This document shows, one piece after another, positions 56,724-64,000 of a stretch of DNA of 64,000 bases. Made by a program: the position numbers and the translations under genes. The stretch's first letter is position 1. Every line of letters starts with the position of its first letter. This DNA comes from Candidatus Multivorans sp. (GTDB taxonomy: Bacteria; Acidobacteriota; Thermoanaerobaculia; Multivoradales; Multivoraceae), in the NCBI GenBank assembly GCA_965247095.1, contig OZ251997.1:3488001-3552000 (forward strand), given 5' to 3'. The notes under the pieces are model-generated. The model did not search any database. It had not been told where the DNA came from and saw only the letters and a list, made by a program, of their open reading frames with translations.

Positions 56724-59311
56724 GGGTAGTAGCCCTTGAGCGTGCGGATCGCCACCCCCGGCGCCCGGGCGTCGATCTCGATTTCGCGGAAGCGGCGGTC
56801 GCCGCTGGTGTTGGTCGACTGGTAGGTGATCAGGTACCGGGAGCGCAGCTCGCCGAGGATCTGCCCGTAGACGCCGGCGAGTTCGCCGACGCTGCTGATG
56901 AAGAAGGATTGGCCGCCGGTGTGTTCGGCGAGGCGCGAGAGCGCCCGCTTGGCCGGCCCCGTCTGGCGTCCCAGCCCGATCGAGTAGATCGCGACCCCGG
57001 ATCGTTGCGCGTACTCGAGCGCCTGCTCGAAACTGAAGCGGCTGCTCTCGTCCTTGCCGTCGGAGAGCAGCAGCAGCGCCCGCTGGCCCTTGATCCCGTT
57101 CAGGTAGTAGAGGCCGAAGATGAGCGCGTCGTAGAGCGCGGTGCCCCGCTCGGCCTTGAGCCCCGCGAGCGAGCCGGCGAGCTTGACGGGGTCGTTCGTG
57201 AAGTCGGCGGCGAGGTACGGATGGTCGTTGAAGGTGACGAGGGCAGCCCGGTCGCGCGGGGTGATTTCGGACTGGAACAGGCCGAGGGCGGCCTGGCGGG
57301 CCGTGCCCAGGCGGTCGACCATGGAGGCCGAGACGTCGAGCATCACCTGGAGGTGGACCGGCAGGTCGGTGACCCGCTGGAAGCGCAGGATCTCCTGCGG
57401 CGTGTCGTCCTCGTGAATGGTGACCTGGTCGGCTCGCAGGTCCTCGTACGGACGGCCCGACCGGTGGAGCGCCGTGGCGTAGAGCTCGACGTACTGGATG
57501 TCGACGATCTCCAGGTAGTCCGGCGCGTTGACGTAGACGACGGCGTCGGTGGAGTTGCCGTCGACGAGGAAGGCGGCGGCGCGCAGGTAGGTGATCTCGT
57601 CGCCTGATGGCAGGTCGACCCGGTGGCTGAAGGGTTCCTGGTAGAGGGTGGCGATCGGCTCGTCGTTGAGGAAGAGCTCCAGGCGCTCGACCAGGCGCCC
57701 GTCCGGGACCGCGAGATCGACCTCGACCTGGACTTCGCCCTCGTACTTGACGCCCTCGCGCGGTTCGGCGAAGCGGAGCGCGAAGCGGTTGCGGCCGGAG
57801 TTCATGGAGATCTCGTCCGAGGCGATCTCGGCGCCGTCCACATCGTGGGCGGTGGCGCGCAGGAGGTGGACCCGGGGCACCGATCCCAGGTCGAGTTCGA
57901 CCGAGAACGGGGCCCGGCGCTTGCGGGCGACCTGGTTGTCGTCGAGCCAGAAGCGCATCTCGACGATGTCGCCGGTGGCCAGGGTGTCGAACCGCACCAG
58001 GCCGGTCTGGAGTTCACCGGGGGGCTCGAGGAGCTGCACCGTGGGCACTTCGCTGGTGAGCACCGCCTCCGCCTGGTCGATGATCTTCTGCACCGCCGGG
58101 TCGAGCTGACGGGTGTCGGGCGCCTCCAGCGTCGGCACCTCGAGCGGCTGCTCCAGGCGGGCGAAGCGGGCCCCGTTCAGGTCCTCGATCTTGAGCACGA
58201 GCCGGTAGCTGCCCGGTCGCAGCCTGCGTTCGAAGGAGAGCAGGATGGGCGCGTCGCCTGCGCCGCCATCGGCCGCGGCGTCACTGGCGCTGCCCAGGGG
58301 CAGGTCGTACTTGTAGCGGAAGTTCTCGAACAGCGCGTCTTCGCGCAGCACCTCGCCGGTGAGGAAGAAGTTGTAGCTCGACTGCCCGCCGAGCGTGTCG
58401 CGGTGGGCCGAGGACGGATCGACCTCGACCAGGGCCTCCACCACGGTGCGCGCCTGGTAGCGGGCCGGATAGCGGACCTCGAGGGTGGCGTCCAAGGGCT
58501 CGGCGTCCTCCGGTACGTCCGTGGTGTAGGCCTCGAAGGTGAGCGTCCACTCCGCCGAGGGCGCCTCGGGCGGCTCGATCAGGCGGCCCATCAGCATGGC
58601 GAACTCCATGCCGCCGGAGCGCAGCAGCCAGTTGATCGCGGACGCGGCGACGTCGCCGTCCTTGCAGCTCTGGATGTCGCCGCCCGCGGCCGCTGCGCTG
58701 ACGCCGAAGTCCAGGAGTCGTTCGACGCCGTCCGAGGGGTGCCAGAGTTCGTAGCGGGGCTGGTTGGCGCGCCGGTGAAAGAGCAGGAAGAACTCGTGAC
58801 CGACCCGGTCGCTGCGCTGGTAGAACCAGATCTCGATCGGCCAGGTGACCATGGTGCACTGGAACTTGAGCCGCCCCGAGGGTTCCCCGTTCAGGAGGAA
58901 CATGCGCGCCCGGTCCGAGCGCGGGCCCTCGAACTCCTGCTCGACGTAGAGCAGCCGCTCCTCCCATCGAGCCCGCAGCTCGTTGCGGGGCGTGTCGGGG
59001 TAGGGGTCGCGCACCCGCCAGAAGCGCTCGATCCAGGCGCGCCGCTGGTAGTCCTGGGTGATTTCTAGAAACGCCTCGCGTTCCCCGTCGGTGATCAGGT
59101 AGTGGACATCGTCGAGGAACTTCTTGAACTCCAGCGGCAGCGCCGCTTCGGTCGCCTCGAGGGCGGCTCGGCGTTCGCGCCTCTCCTTGCGGGTCTCCTT
59201 TCGCTCCTCCTGGGCGGCTGCCGGCGTGGTGTGCGCGGCGGGTGGCGTGGTGAGGGTGAAGAAGAGGCCCGTCGCCAAGGCCAGGATCGAGGCTCTGCGT
59301 GCTGCTTTCAT
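56720..59311 (-). CDS. Secreted GWxTD-like + Ig-like + VWA domain protein, tandem paralog
   Basis: FWRVRDPYPDTPRNEL, DVSASM, TALYD, LLSDG; signal peptide from ATG 59311. Confidence 0.88.
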   Translation of the reverse strand: MKAARRASILALATGLFFTLTTPPAAHTTPAAAQEERKETRKERRERRAALEATEAALPLEFKKFLDDVHYLITDGEREAFLEITQDYQRRAWIERFWRVRDPYPDTPRNELRARWEERLLYVEQEFEGPRSDRARMFLLNGEPSGRLKFQCTMVTWPIEIWFYQRSDRVGHEFFLLFHRRANQPRYELWHPSDGVERLLDFGVSAAAAGGDIQSCKDGDVAASAINWLLRSGGMEFAMLMGRLIEPPEAPSAEWTLTFEAYTTDVPEDAEPLDATLEVRYPARYQARTVVEALVEVDPSSAHRDTLGGQSSYNFFLTGEVLREDALFENFRYKYDLPLGSASDAAADGGAGDAPILLSFERRLRPGSYRLVLKIEDLNGARFARLEQPLEVPTLEAPDTRQLDPAVQKIIDQAEAVLTSEVPTVQLLEPPGELQTGLVRFDTLATGDIVEMRFWLDDNQVARKRRAPFSVELDLGSVPRVHLLRATAHDVDGAEIASDEISMNSGRNRFALRFAEPREGVKYEGEVQVEVDLAVPDGRLVERLELFLNDEPIATLYQEPFSHRVDLPSGDEITYLRAAAFLVDGNSTDAVVYVNAPDYLEIVDIQYVELYATALHRSGRPYEDLRADQVTIHEDDTPQEILRFQRVTDLPVHLQVMLDVSASMVDRLGTARQAALGLFQSEITPRDRAALVTFNDHPYLAADFTNDPVKLAGSLAGLKAERGTALYDALIFGLYYLNGIKGQRALLLLSDGKDESSRFSFEQALEYAQRSGVAIYSIGLGRQTGPAKRALSRLAEHTGGQSFFISSVGELAGVYGQILGELRSRYLITYQSTNTSGDRRFREIEIDARAPGVAIRTLKGYYP

Positions 59312-59413
59312 GGGCGACGGGGGTCCTTGGACGGGCGGCGGTGCTCGACGGTCAAGCGTACCGCTTCGGGAGGACGGCGCACCCAGTGCGCCTGAACGTA
59401 CAATCTGCGCACC

Positions 59414-60565
59414 ATGCCCACCCCGCCCGTCTACCTCGACCACAACGCGACCACGCCGCTCGATCCGCGGGTGGGCGAGGCGATGGCGTCCTGGCTCGGG
59501 GCGCGGCACGGCAATCCGTCGTCGGTCCACGCCTTCGGACGGGCGGCGCGCGCGGCGGTCGAGTTGGCGCGCGCGCAGGTGGCGGAACTCGTCGGCGGGC
59601 AGCCGCCGGAGGTGGTGTTCACCGCCTCGGGCACGGAGGCGAACAACGCGGTTCTGCTCTCAGCCTTCGCCGGCGCCGGTGGCGGCGGCGGTGGTCACCT
59701 GGTGATCTCGGAACTCGAGCATCCGTCGATTCAGGCCGCCGCGGACCGGCTCGAGAGCCTCGGTATGGACGTGACCCGGCTCCGCCCGGGCGCTGACGGC
59801 GTGATCGAGGCCGGCTCGGTGGCGGCGGCGTTGCGCCCGGACACGCGGCTGGTGTGTCTGATGCTTGCGAACAACGAACTGGGTACGGTGCAGCCGGTGG
59901 CCGAGGCGGCGTCGGCGTGCCGGGCCCGGGGCGTGCCGCTCCTGTGCGACGCGGTGCAGGCGGCGGGCAAGCTCGCCATCGATGCCGGGGCCCTGGGGGC
60001 GGACTACCTCGTGGTCGCGGCGCACAAGTTCAACGGACCGGTGGGCGCGGCCGCGCTCTGGATCCGGGAGGGCGCCGCCTTCGAGCCGCTCATCCTCGGC
60101 GGCGGCCAGGAGCGTCGGCGGCGGGCCGGCACCGAGAACGTCGCGGCCCTGGTCGGCTTCGGCGCCTGCGCGGCGCTGGCGTCCGAGGAACTTGACGGGC
60201 GCATCGAGCGGCTGAGCCGGCTGCGCGAAGGGCTCGAGGCGGGCCTCGCCGGCATCCCGGACGCCCGCCTGCATTGCGCGTCGTCGCCGCGGCTGCCGCA
60301 CACAACCCACGTCGCCTTCCCGGGTCTGATCGGCGAGGAACTCGTCGTCCGTCTCGATCTCGCGGGCTTCGCGGTCTCGACCGGGGCCGCGTGCGCTTCG
60401 GGAGTCGTCGAGCCGAGCCGGACGCTGCTCGCGATGGGAGTTGAGGCGGCGGAGGCCCTGGCGTCGATCCGCATCAGCCTCGGTACGACGACCGACGAGG
60501 CGGAGATCCGGCGCTTCCTGCCGGTGCTGGAGCGCGAAGTGGAGGCGCTGCGCTCGTGCCCCTGA
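59414..60565 (+). CDS. iscS: Cysteine desulfurase, IscS/NifS type
   Basis: YLDHNATTP, NPSS, ANNE, AHKFNGP, STGAACASG. Confidence 0.92.
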   Translation: MPTPPVYLDHNATTPLDPRVGEAMASWLGARHGNPSSVHAFGRAARAAVELARAQVAELVGGQPPEVVFTASGTEANNAVLLSAFAGAGGGGGGHLVISELEHPSIQAAADRLESLGMDVTRLRPGADGVIEAGSVAAALRPDTRLVCLMLANNELGTVQPVAEAASACRARGVPLLCDAVQAAGKLAIDAGALGADYLVVAAHKFNGPVGAAALWIREGAAFEPLILGGGQERRRRAGTENVAALVGFGACAALASEELDGRIERLSRLREGLEAGLAGIPDARLHCASSPRLPHTTHVAFPGLIGEELVVRLDLAGFAVSTGAACASGVVEPSRTLLAMGVEAAEALASIRISLGTTTDEAEIRRFLPVLEREVEALRSCP

Positions 60566-61752
60566 CCGCGGAGCCGGCGTCCCAGGCGGTGGCGGGATGG
60601 AACGCGGGCGTCTCGCCCGCATCCGGGTCGGCTCCCCTGACCGCGGTGGCGATGAGCGGCGGTCTCGACTCGTCGGTCGCGGCGCTGCTCCTGGAGCGCC
60701 AGGGGACACCGGTGGTCGGCCTGTCGATGCTGCTCTGGGACCGCTCGCAGCAGGTCCGGAACGGACGCTGCTGCGGCTCGCTCGACCTCGGAGACGCGCG
60801 GCGGGTGGCCGAGCAGATCGGTCTGCCGCACTACACGCTGCGCATGGACGGGGAGTTCCGCCGGCACGTCGTCGATCCCTTCGTGGACAGCTACGTGGAC
60901 GGCCGCACGCCGAGTCCGTGCATCTCCTGCAACACGGAGATCAAGTTCGAGGCCTTCTGGGAGCGGGCGCGGCGGCTGGGGGCCGGCCGGATCGCCACCG
61001 GCCACTACGCGCGCATCCGGCTGGGGTCGGACGGCAGCTACGAACTCCATACCGCGGCCGACCGGTCGAAGGACCAGAGCTACTTCCTGTTCGAACTGAA
61101 CCAGGAGCAACTGGCGCGCGCAGCGTTCCCGCTGGGCGAACTGACCAAGACGGAAGTGCGCGAGCTGGCCCGGGAGGCCGGGCTGGCGGTGGCGGAGAAG
61201 GGCGAGAGCATGGAGATCTGCTTCGTCGACCGCGGCGTGCAGGAGTTCATCGAGAGCGAGCGGCCGGACCTGCCGCAGGCGCCTGCACGGGTGACGGCGA
61301 GCGACGGCGAGGAGCTGGGCGCGGCCGCGCCGTACTACCGCTACACGGTCGGCCAGCGCCGCGGCCTGGGTGTCGCCGCCGGCCGCAGGCTCTACGTGCT
61401 CGACGTGCAGCCGGAGCGGAACCGGCTCGTGGTCGGCGGCCGCGACGAGCTCCTGGCGCCGGGTCTGATCGGCCGCGGCCCGCACTGGATCGCCGGGGCG
61501 CCGCCGCGCCCGCCGGCCGGCGCCGCCGCCGGCTCGGGGGTCGAGGTCGAGGTGCGGATCCGGTCGCGCCATTCCGGGGTCGCGGCGACGGTCGAGAGCG
61601 CATCTGGCGCGGACGGCGGCGCCGGCGTCTGCAGGGTCGACTTCAGCGAACCCCAGGCCGGCGTCGCCCCCGGCCAGGCGGCGGTTTTCTACCGCGGCAC
61701 GCAGGTCCTCGGCGGCTGCTGGATCGAGCGGCGCCTGGACGTCAGCGGGTAG
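60556..61752 (+). CDS. mnmA: tRNA 2-thiouridine synthase
   Basis: AMSGGLDS, TPSPCISCN, ATGHYAR, KDQSYFL, ESMEIC, APGQAAVFY. Confidence 0.96.
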   Translation: MPLTAEPASQAVAGWNAGVSPASGSAPLTAVAMSGGLDSSVAALLLERQGTPVVGLSMLLWDRSQQVRNGRCCGSLDLGDARRVAEQIGLPHYTLRMDGEFRRHVVDPFVDSYVDGRTPSPCISCNTEIKFEAFWERARRLGAGRIATGHYARIRLGSDGSYELHTAADRSKDQSYFLFELNQEQLARAAFPLGELTKTEVRELAREAGLAVAEKGESMEICFVDRGVQEFIESERPDLPQAPARVTASDGEELGAAAPYYRYTVGQRRGLGVAAGRRLYVLDVQPERNRLVVGGRDELLAPGLIGRGPHWIAGAPPRPPAGAAAGSGVEVEVRIRSRHSGVAATVESASGADGGAGVCRVDFSEPQAGVAPGQAAVFYRGTQVLGGCWIERRLDVSG

Positions 61753-62602
61753 CGGGCGCCAGCCCGATCCGGAGATCGGACCAGATCCAGCCCGGCTGCG
61801 CGGGCTCGTTCTCGTACTCGCCCCGGAAGCCGAAGCCGACCGCGATCTTCTGGCCGGAGGCGAAGGGAATCTCGTCGATGTTCGGCGTGCCCGCGGCCCG
61901 CATCACCTCGGCGCCGCTCGAGTCGGCCAAGGTGAGGACGATCCGCCCGCCGCCGGCGTCGAAGTCGAAGCGGACGTCGTAGATCTCGCCGGCCTGCATC
62001 AGGTAGCGCTCGACGACCCGCTGCTTGCTCGTGTGTTTGACGCCCCAGTCGGTGCGGTAGAAGACCTGCGGCGGACCGCCCGGCCCCCTGGCGACGCCGA
62101 AACCGAACAGGTCGACGTGCTTGTCGCGGGCGAACCAGAACAGGTTCTGGTTGCGGGAGGGGACCTCATTCCAGCCGCCGTGGCGCACCCGGAAGCGGAA
62201 GACCACGCGCCGGTAGGTCCCGGGCGGTATGTCGAGCCGGGTCTCGAAGTCGGACCGCTCCGAGGTGGCGCGGTGGAACTCGCCGGCGAGGGCGAGGCGG
62301 ACGGCGCCGCCGTCGCTGACGACGGTCTCGGGTGCGAGGGGTAGATCGCCTGCGCGCGGTTCGCCCGGTTCGGCCTGGTCGAGGACCTGCACGCCCTCGT
62401 GCCTGCAGGCCGCGGCATTGGCCATCCACTGGGCTCGCCGGCAGAGGTCGAGGAAGGCGTTGCGTTCGCTGCAGTCCGGCAAGCGGCCGGCGATCTCGAC
62501 CACCGCCGTGGTCATCGTCTCGGCAATCTGCCCCTGGAGTTCGATGCTCCCGGCGCTGGGCTGGTGGTGTCTAAAGGCCTCGACGATCTGGTCCCTGTTC
62601 AT
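61742..62602 (-). CDS. Hypothetical protein: Acb2/Tad1-like helical hairpin + beta-sandwich domain
   Basis: FRHHQP..LPDCSER..WMANAAACRHE; beta-rich C-part; GGAGGAG RBS before ATG 62602. Confidence 0.65.
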   Translation of the reverse strand: MNRDQIVEAFRHHQPSAGSIELQGQIAETMTTAVVEIAGRLPDCSERNAFLDLCRRAQWMANAAACRHEGVQVLDQAEPGEPRAGDLPLAPETVVSDGGAVRLALAGEFHRATSERSDFETRLDIPPGTYRRVVFRFRVRHGGWNEVPSRNQNLFWFARDKHVDLFGFGVARGPGGPPQVFYRTDWGVKHTSKQRVVERYLMQAGEIYDVRFDFDAGGGRIVLTLADSSGAEVMRAAGTPNIDEIPFASGQKIAVGFGFRGEYENEPAQPGWIWSDLRIGLAPATR

Positions 62603-62604
62603 GT

Positions 62605-62657
62605 CTCCTCCAGGTCTCACTCTCCGCGTTCGGAGGGCAAGACCTGGTGAGGTCTTG
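62605..62657 (-). promoter_or_regulatory. Leader with two mutually exclusive hairpins at the RBS
   Basis: Transcript CAAGACCT-CACC-AGGTCTTG versus CCAGGTCT..AGACCTGG overlapping the SD. Confidence 0.5.
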
Positions 62658-62725
62658 TCGAGGGGCTGCTACCGGCCCGGATCTCGCCCGTTTTGTTGGA
62701 CCTCGTACTTTGCCACATCAGGCGA

Positions 62726-63454
62726 CTACCGTCGACGGCCACACCCGCCGACCACGACCGTCACCTCGCCGCGCAGCTTCGGGAGCTCCCGAACCTCGCC
62801 GGCGAGTTCGCCGAGCGGACCGCGCAGCACCTCCTCGTGCAGCTTGGTCAACTCGCGCGCCAGCGCCGCGTCGCGGTCGGGGCCGAAGGCGTCGGTGGCA
62901 TCGGCGAGCGAGGCGGCGGCGCGCTGCGGCGACTCGAAGAACACGACGGTGTGGGCGAGGGCGGCGTGGGAGGCGAAGAAACGTCGCCGTCGGCCCTGCT
63001 TTGGCGGCGGGAACCCGAGGAAGGTGAACGGGTAGGGCGGCAGCCCGGAGACCACCAGCGCGGCCAGGATCGCCGAGGGGCCGGGCAGCGCCTCGACCGC
63101 GAGGCCCTGCTCCACCGCGGCCCGCACCAGGCGGAATCCCGGATCGGAGACGAGCGGGGTGCCGGCGTCGGAGACCAGGGTCACGGCGCCGCCGTCTTCG
63201 AGCAGGCGCAGCACGCGGCCGATCTGGCGGTCCTCGTTGTGGTCGTGAAGCGGCAGCAGCGGCGGCCGGCCCGGGCCGCTGGCGCCGAAACTCTCGAACA
63301 GCCGGCCGGTGCGGCGGGTGTCTTCGCAGGCGACGAGGTCGGCCGAGAGCAGCGCTTCCCGGGCGCGCGGGGAGAGGTCGGCCAGGTTGCCGATCGGCGT
63401 CGCCACGATCCGCAGCCGGCCGGCGGGGGCCGCCGCCGGTTTGGGGGCACTCAC
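62726..63454 (-). CDS. rsmI: 16S rRNA C1402 2'-O-methyltransferase
   Basis: VATPIGNLAD, CEDTR, SDAGTPLVSDPG, RELTKLHEE. Confidence 0.95.
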   Translation of the reverse strand: MSAPKPAAAPAGRLRIVATPIGNLADLSPRAREALLSADLVACEDTRRTGRLFESFGASGPGRPPLLPLHDHNEDRQIGRVLRLLEDGGAVTLVSDAGTPLVSDPGFRLVRAAVEQGLAVEALPGPSAILAALVVSGLPPYPFTFLGFPPPKQGRRRRFFASHAALAHTVVFFESPQRAAASLADATDAFGPDRDAALARELTKLHEEVLRGPLGELAGEVRELPKLRGEVTVVVGGCGRRR

Positions 63455-63458
63455 GGCG

Positions 63459-64000
63459 TCAGCCCGCGGACCCGTAGAGGTCGTGGTACTGGGCCACGTT
63501 GTGGAGCACGTGCTCCAGGTAGTTCCTGGTCTCGCTGAAGCCGACCTTCGTGAAGAACTCGTCGGCGTCGCTGGTGTAGCAGTGACGGCGCCAGAGGCCG
63601 GCCTGCGCTTCGCCGGCGTTGTAGGCGGCGATCATGATGTGCTGTTCGTTGCCGAACAGGGCGCGCAGCTCTGCCAGATGCGCGGCGCCGAGTTCGATCG
63701 CGAGTGAGGGATCTTCCAGGTCGCGCGGCGTGCGCAGGGGCCTGCCGGAGCTGGCCGCGAGCCGCGCCGCGGTGGGGTAGACGAACTGCATCAGGCCCCG
63801 CGCCGAGGCCGCCGACACCGCCTGGTGATCGAACCGGCTTTCCTGGCGCATGATCGCCGCCATCAGGAAGGGGTCGAGGCCGCGCCGCGCGGCGGCGGAG
63901 TCGATCATGTCGCCGTAGGCTCTCGGGTAGAGGACTCTGCGGAGGGTGAGCGGGTGGAGCGGCGCCGGGATCCGGCTCGGCGCGCGCTGAGCGAGGATCT
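63459..64000 (-). CDS. Lytic transglycosylase, Slt-type (5' partial)
   Basis: AIMRQES, ARGLMQ, AYNAG, ETRNY; frame open to window end. Confidence 0.9.
   Translation of the reverse strand, partial: ILAQRAPSRIPAPLHPLTLRRVLYPRAYGDMIDSAAARRGLDPFLMAAIMRQESRFDHQAVSAASARGLMQFVYPTAARLAASSGRPLRTPRDLEDPSLAIELGAAHLAELRALFGNEQHIMIAAYNAGEAQAGLWRRHCYTSDADEFFTKVGFSETRNYLEHVLHNVAQYHDLYGSAG

Noticed and set aside
54153-59311. Tandem GWxTD-like/VWA paralogs as a novel system
   Set aside because: Domain families are typical of Acidobacteriota and sit among housekeeping genes
62726-63454. RsmI shorter than the usual form
   Set aside because: Catalytic motifs intact; short forms lacking the C-terminal tail are not unusual
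1-64000. Many long overlapping or antisense ORFs (e.g. 4429-5844, 35080-36531, 54538-56673, 60004-61572)
   Set aside because: Shadow frames of high-GC genes; Arg/Pro/Gly-rich with no motifs
1-64000. CRISPR array, rRNA, tRNA
   Set aside because: No regularly spaced repeats or recognisable RNA gene signatures seen by eye

Overview
High-GC bacterial chromosome segment, probably Acidobacteriota (inference from an Oar-like TonB-dependent receptor and GWxTD-like/VWA proteins). Four zones. (1) 1-28.9 kb: catabolic/periplasmic island with four PQQ-type dehydrogenases, sulfatase, tannase/feruloyl esterase, a duplicated iron-type alcohol dehydrogenase, SDR, lactonase, DUF3604 and a strongly divergent B12 acyl-CoA mutase + MeaB trio; many intact genes are separated by short scraps of unrelated genes. 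(2) 28.9-36.5 kb: intact IS4-family element followed by defence-type genes (truncated HipA-like kinase + HIRAN protein, ABC-type ATPase + TOPRIM-like protein, RloA-like ATPase, DUF2235). (3) 36.5-44 kb: an unrecognised family of secreted Cys-containing proteins (two full and two partial copies) behind a G-quadruplex-like tract, a near-consensus sigma70 promoter and a structured leader, then wzm/GT2/GNAT genes. (4) 44-64 kb: housekeeping genes (macro domain, phosphoglycerate mutase, maf, iscS, mnmA, rsmI, lytic transglycosylase) interrupted by a second defence-like insert at 46-53.5 kb. Best novelty candidates: a chromosomal protein with an Acb2/Tad1-like N-terminal domain (61742-62602), the secreted paralog locus, and the mutase with a non-canonical active site. 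All family calls come from motif recognition by eye; no database searches were run. No rRNA, tRNA or CRISPR array was seen.
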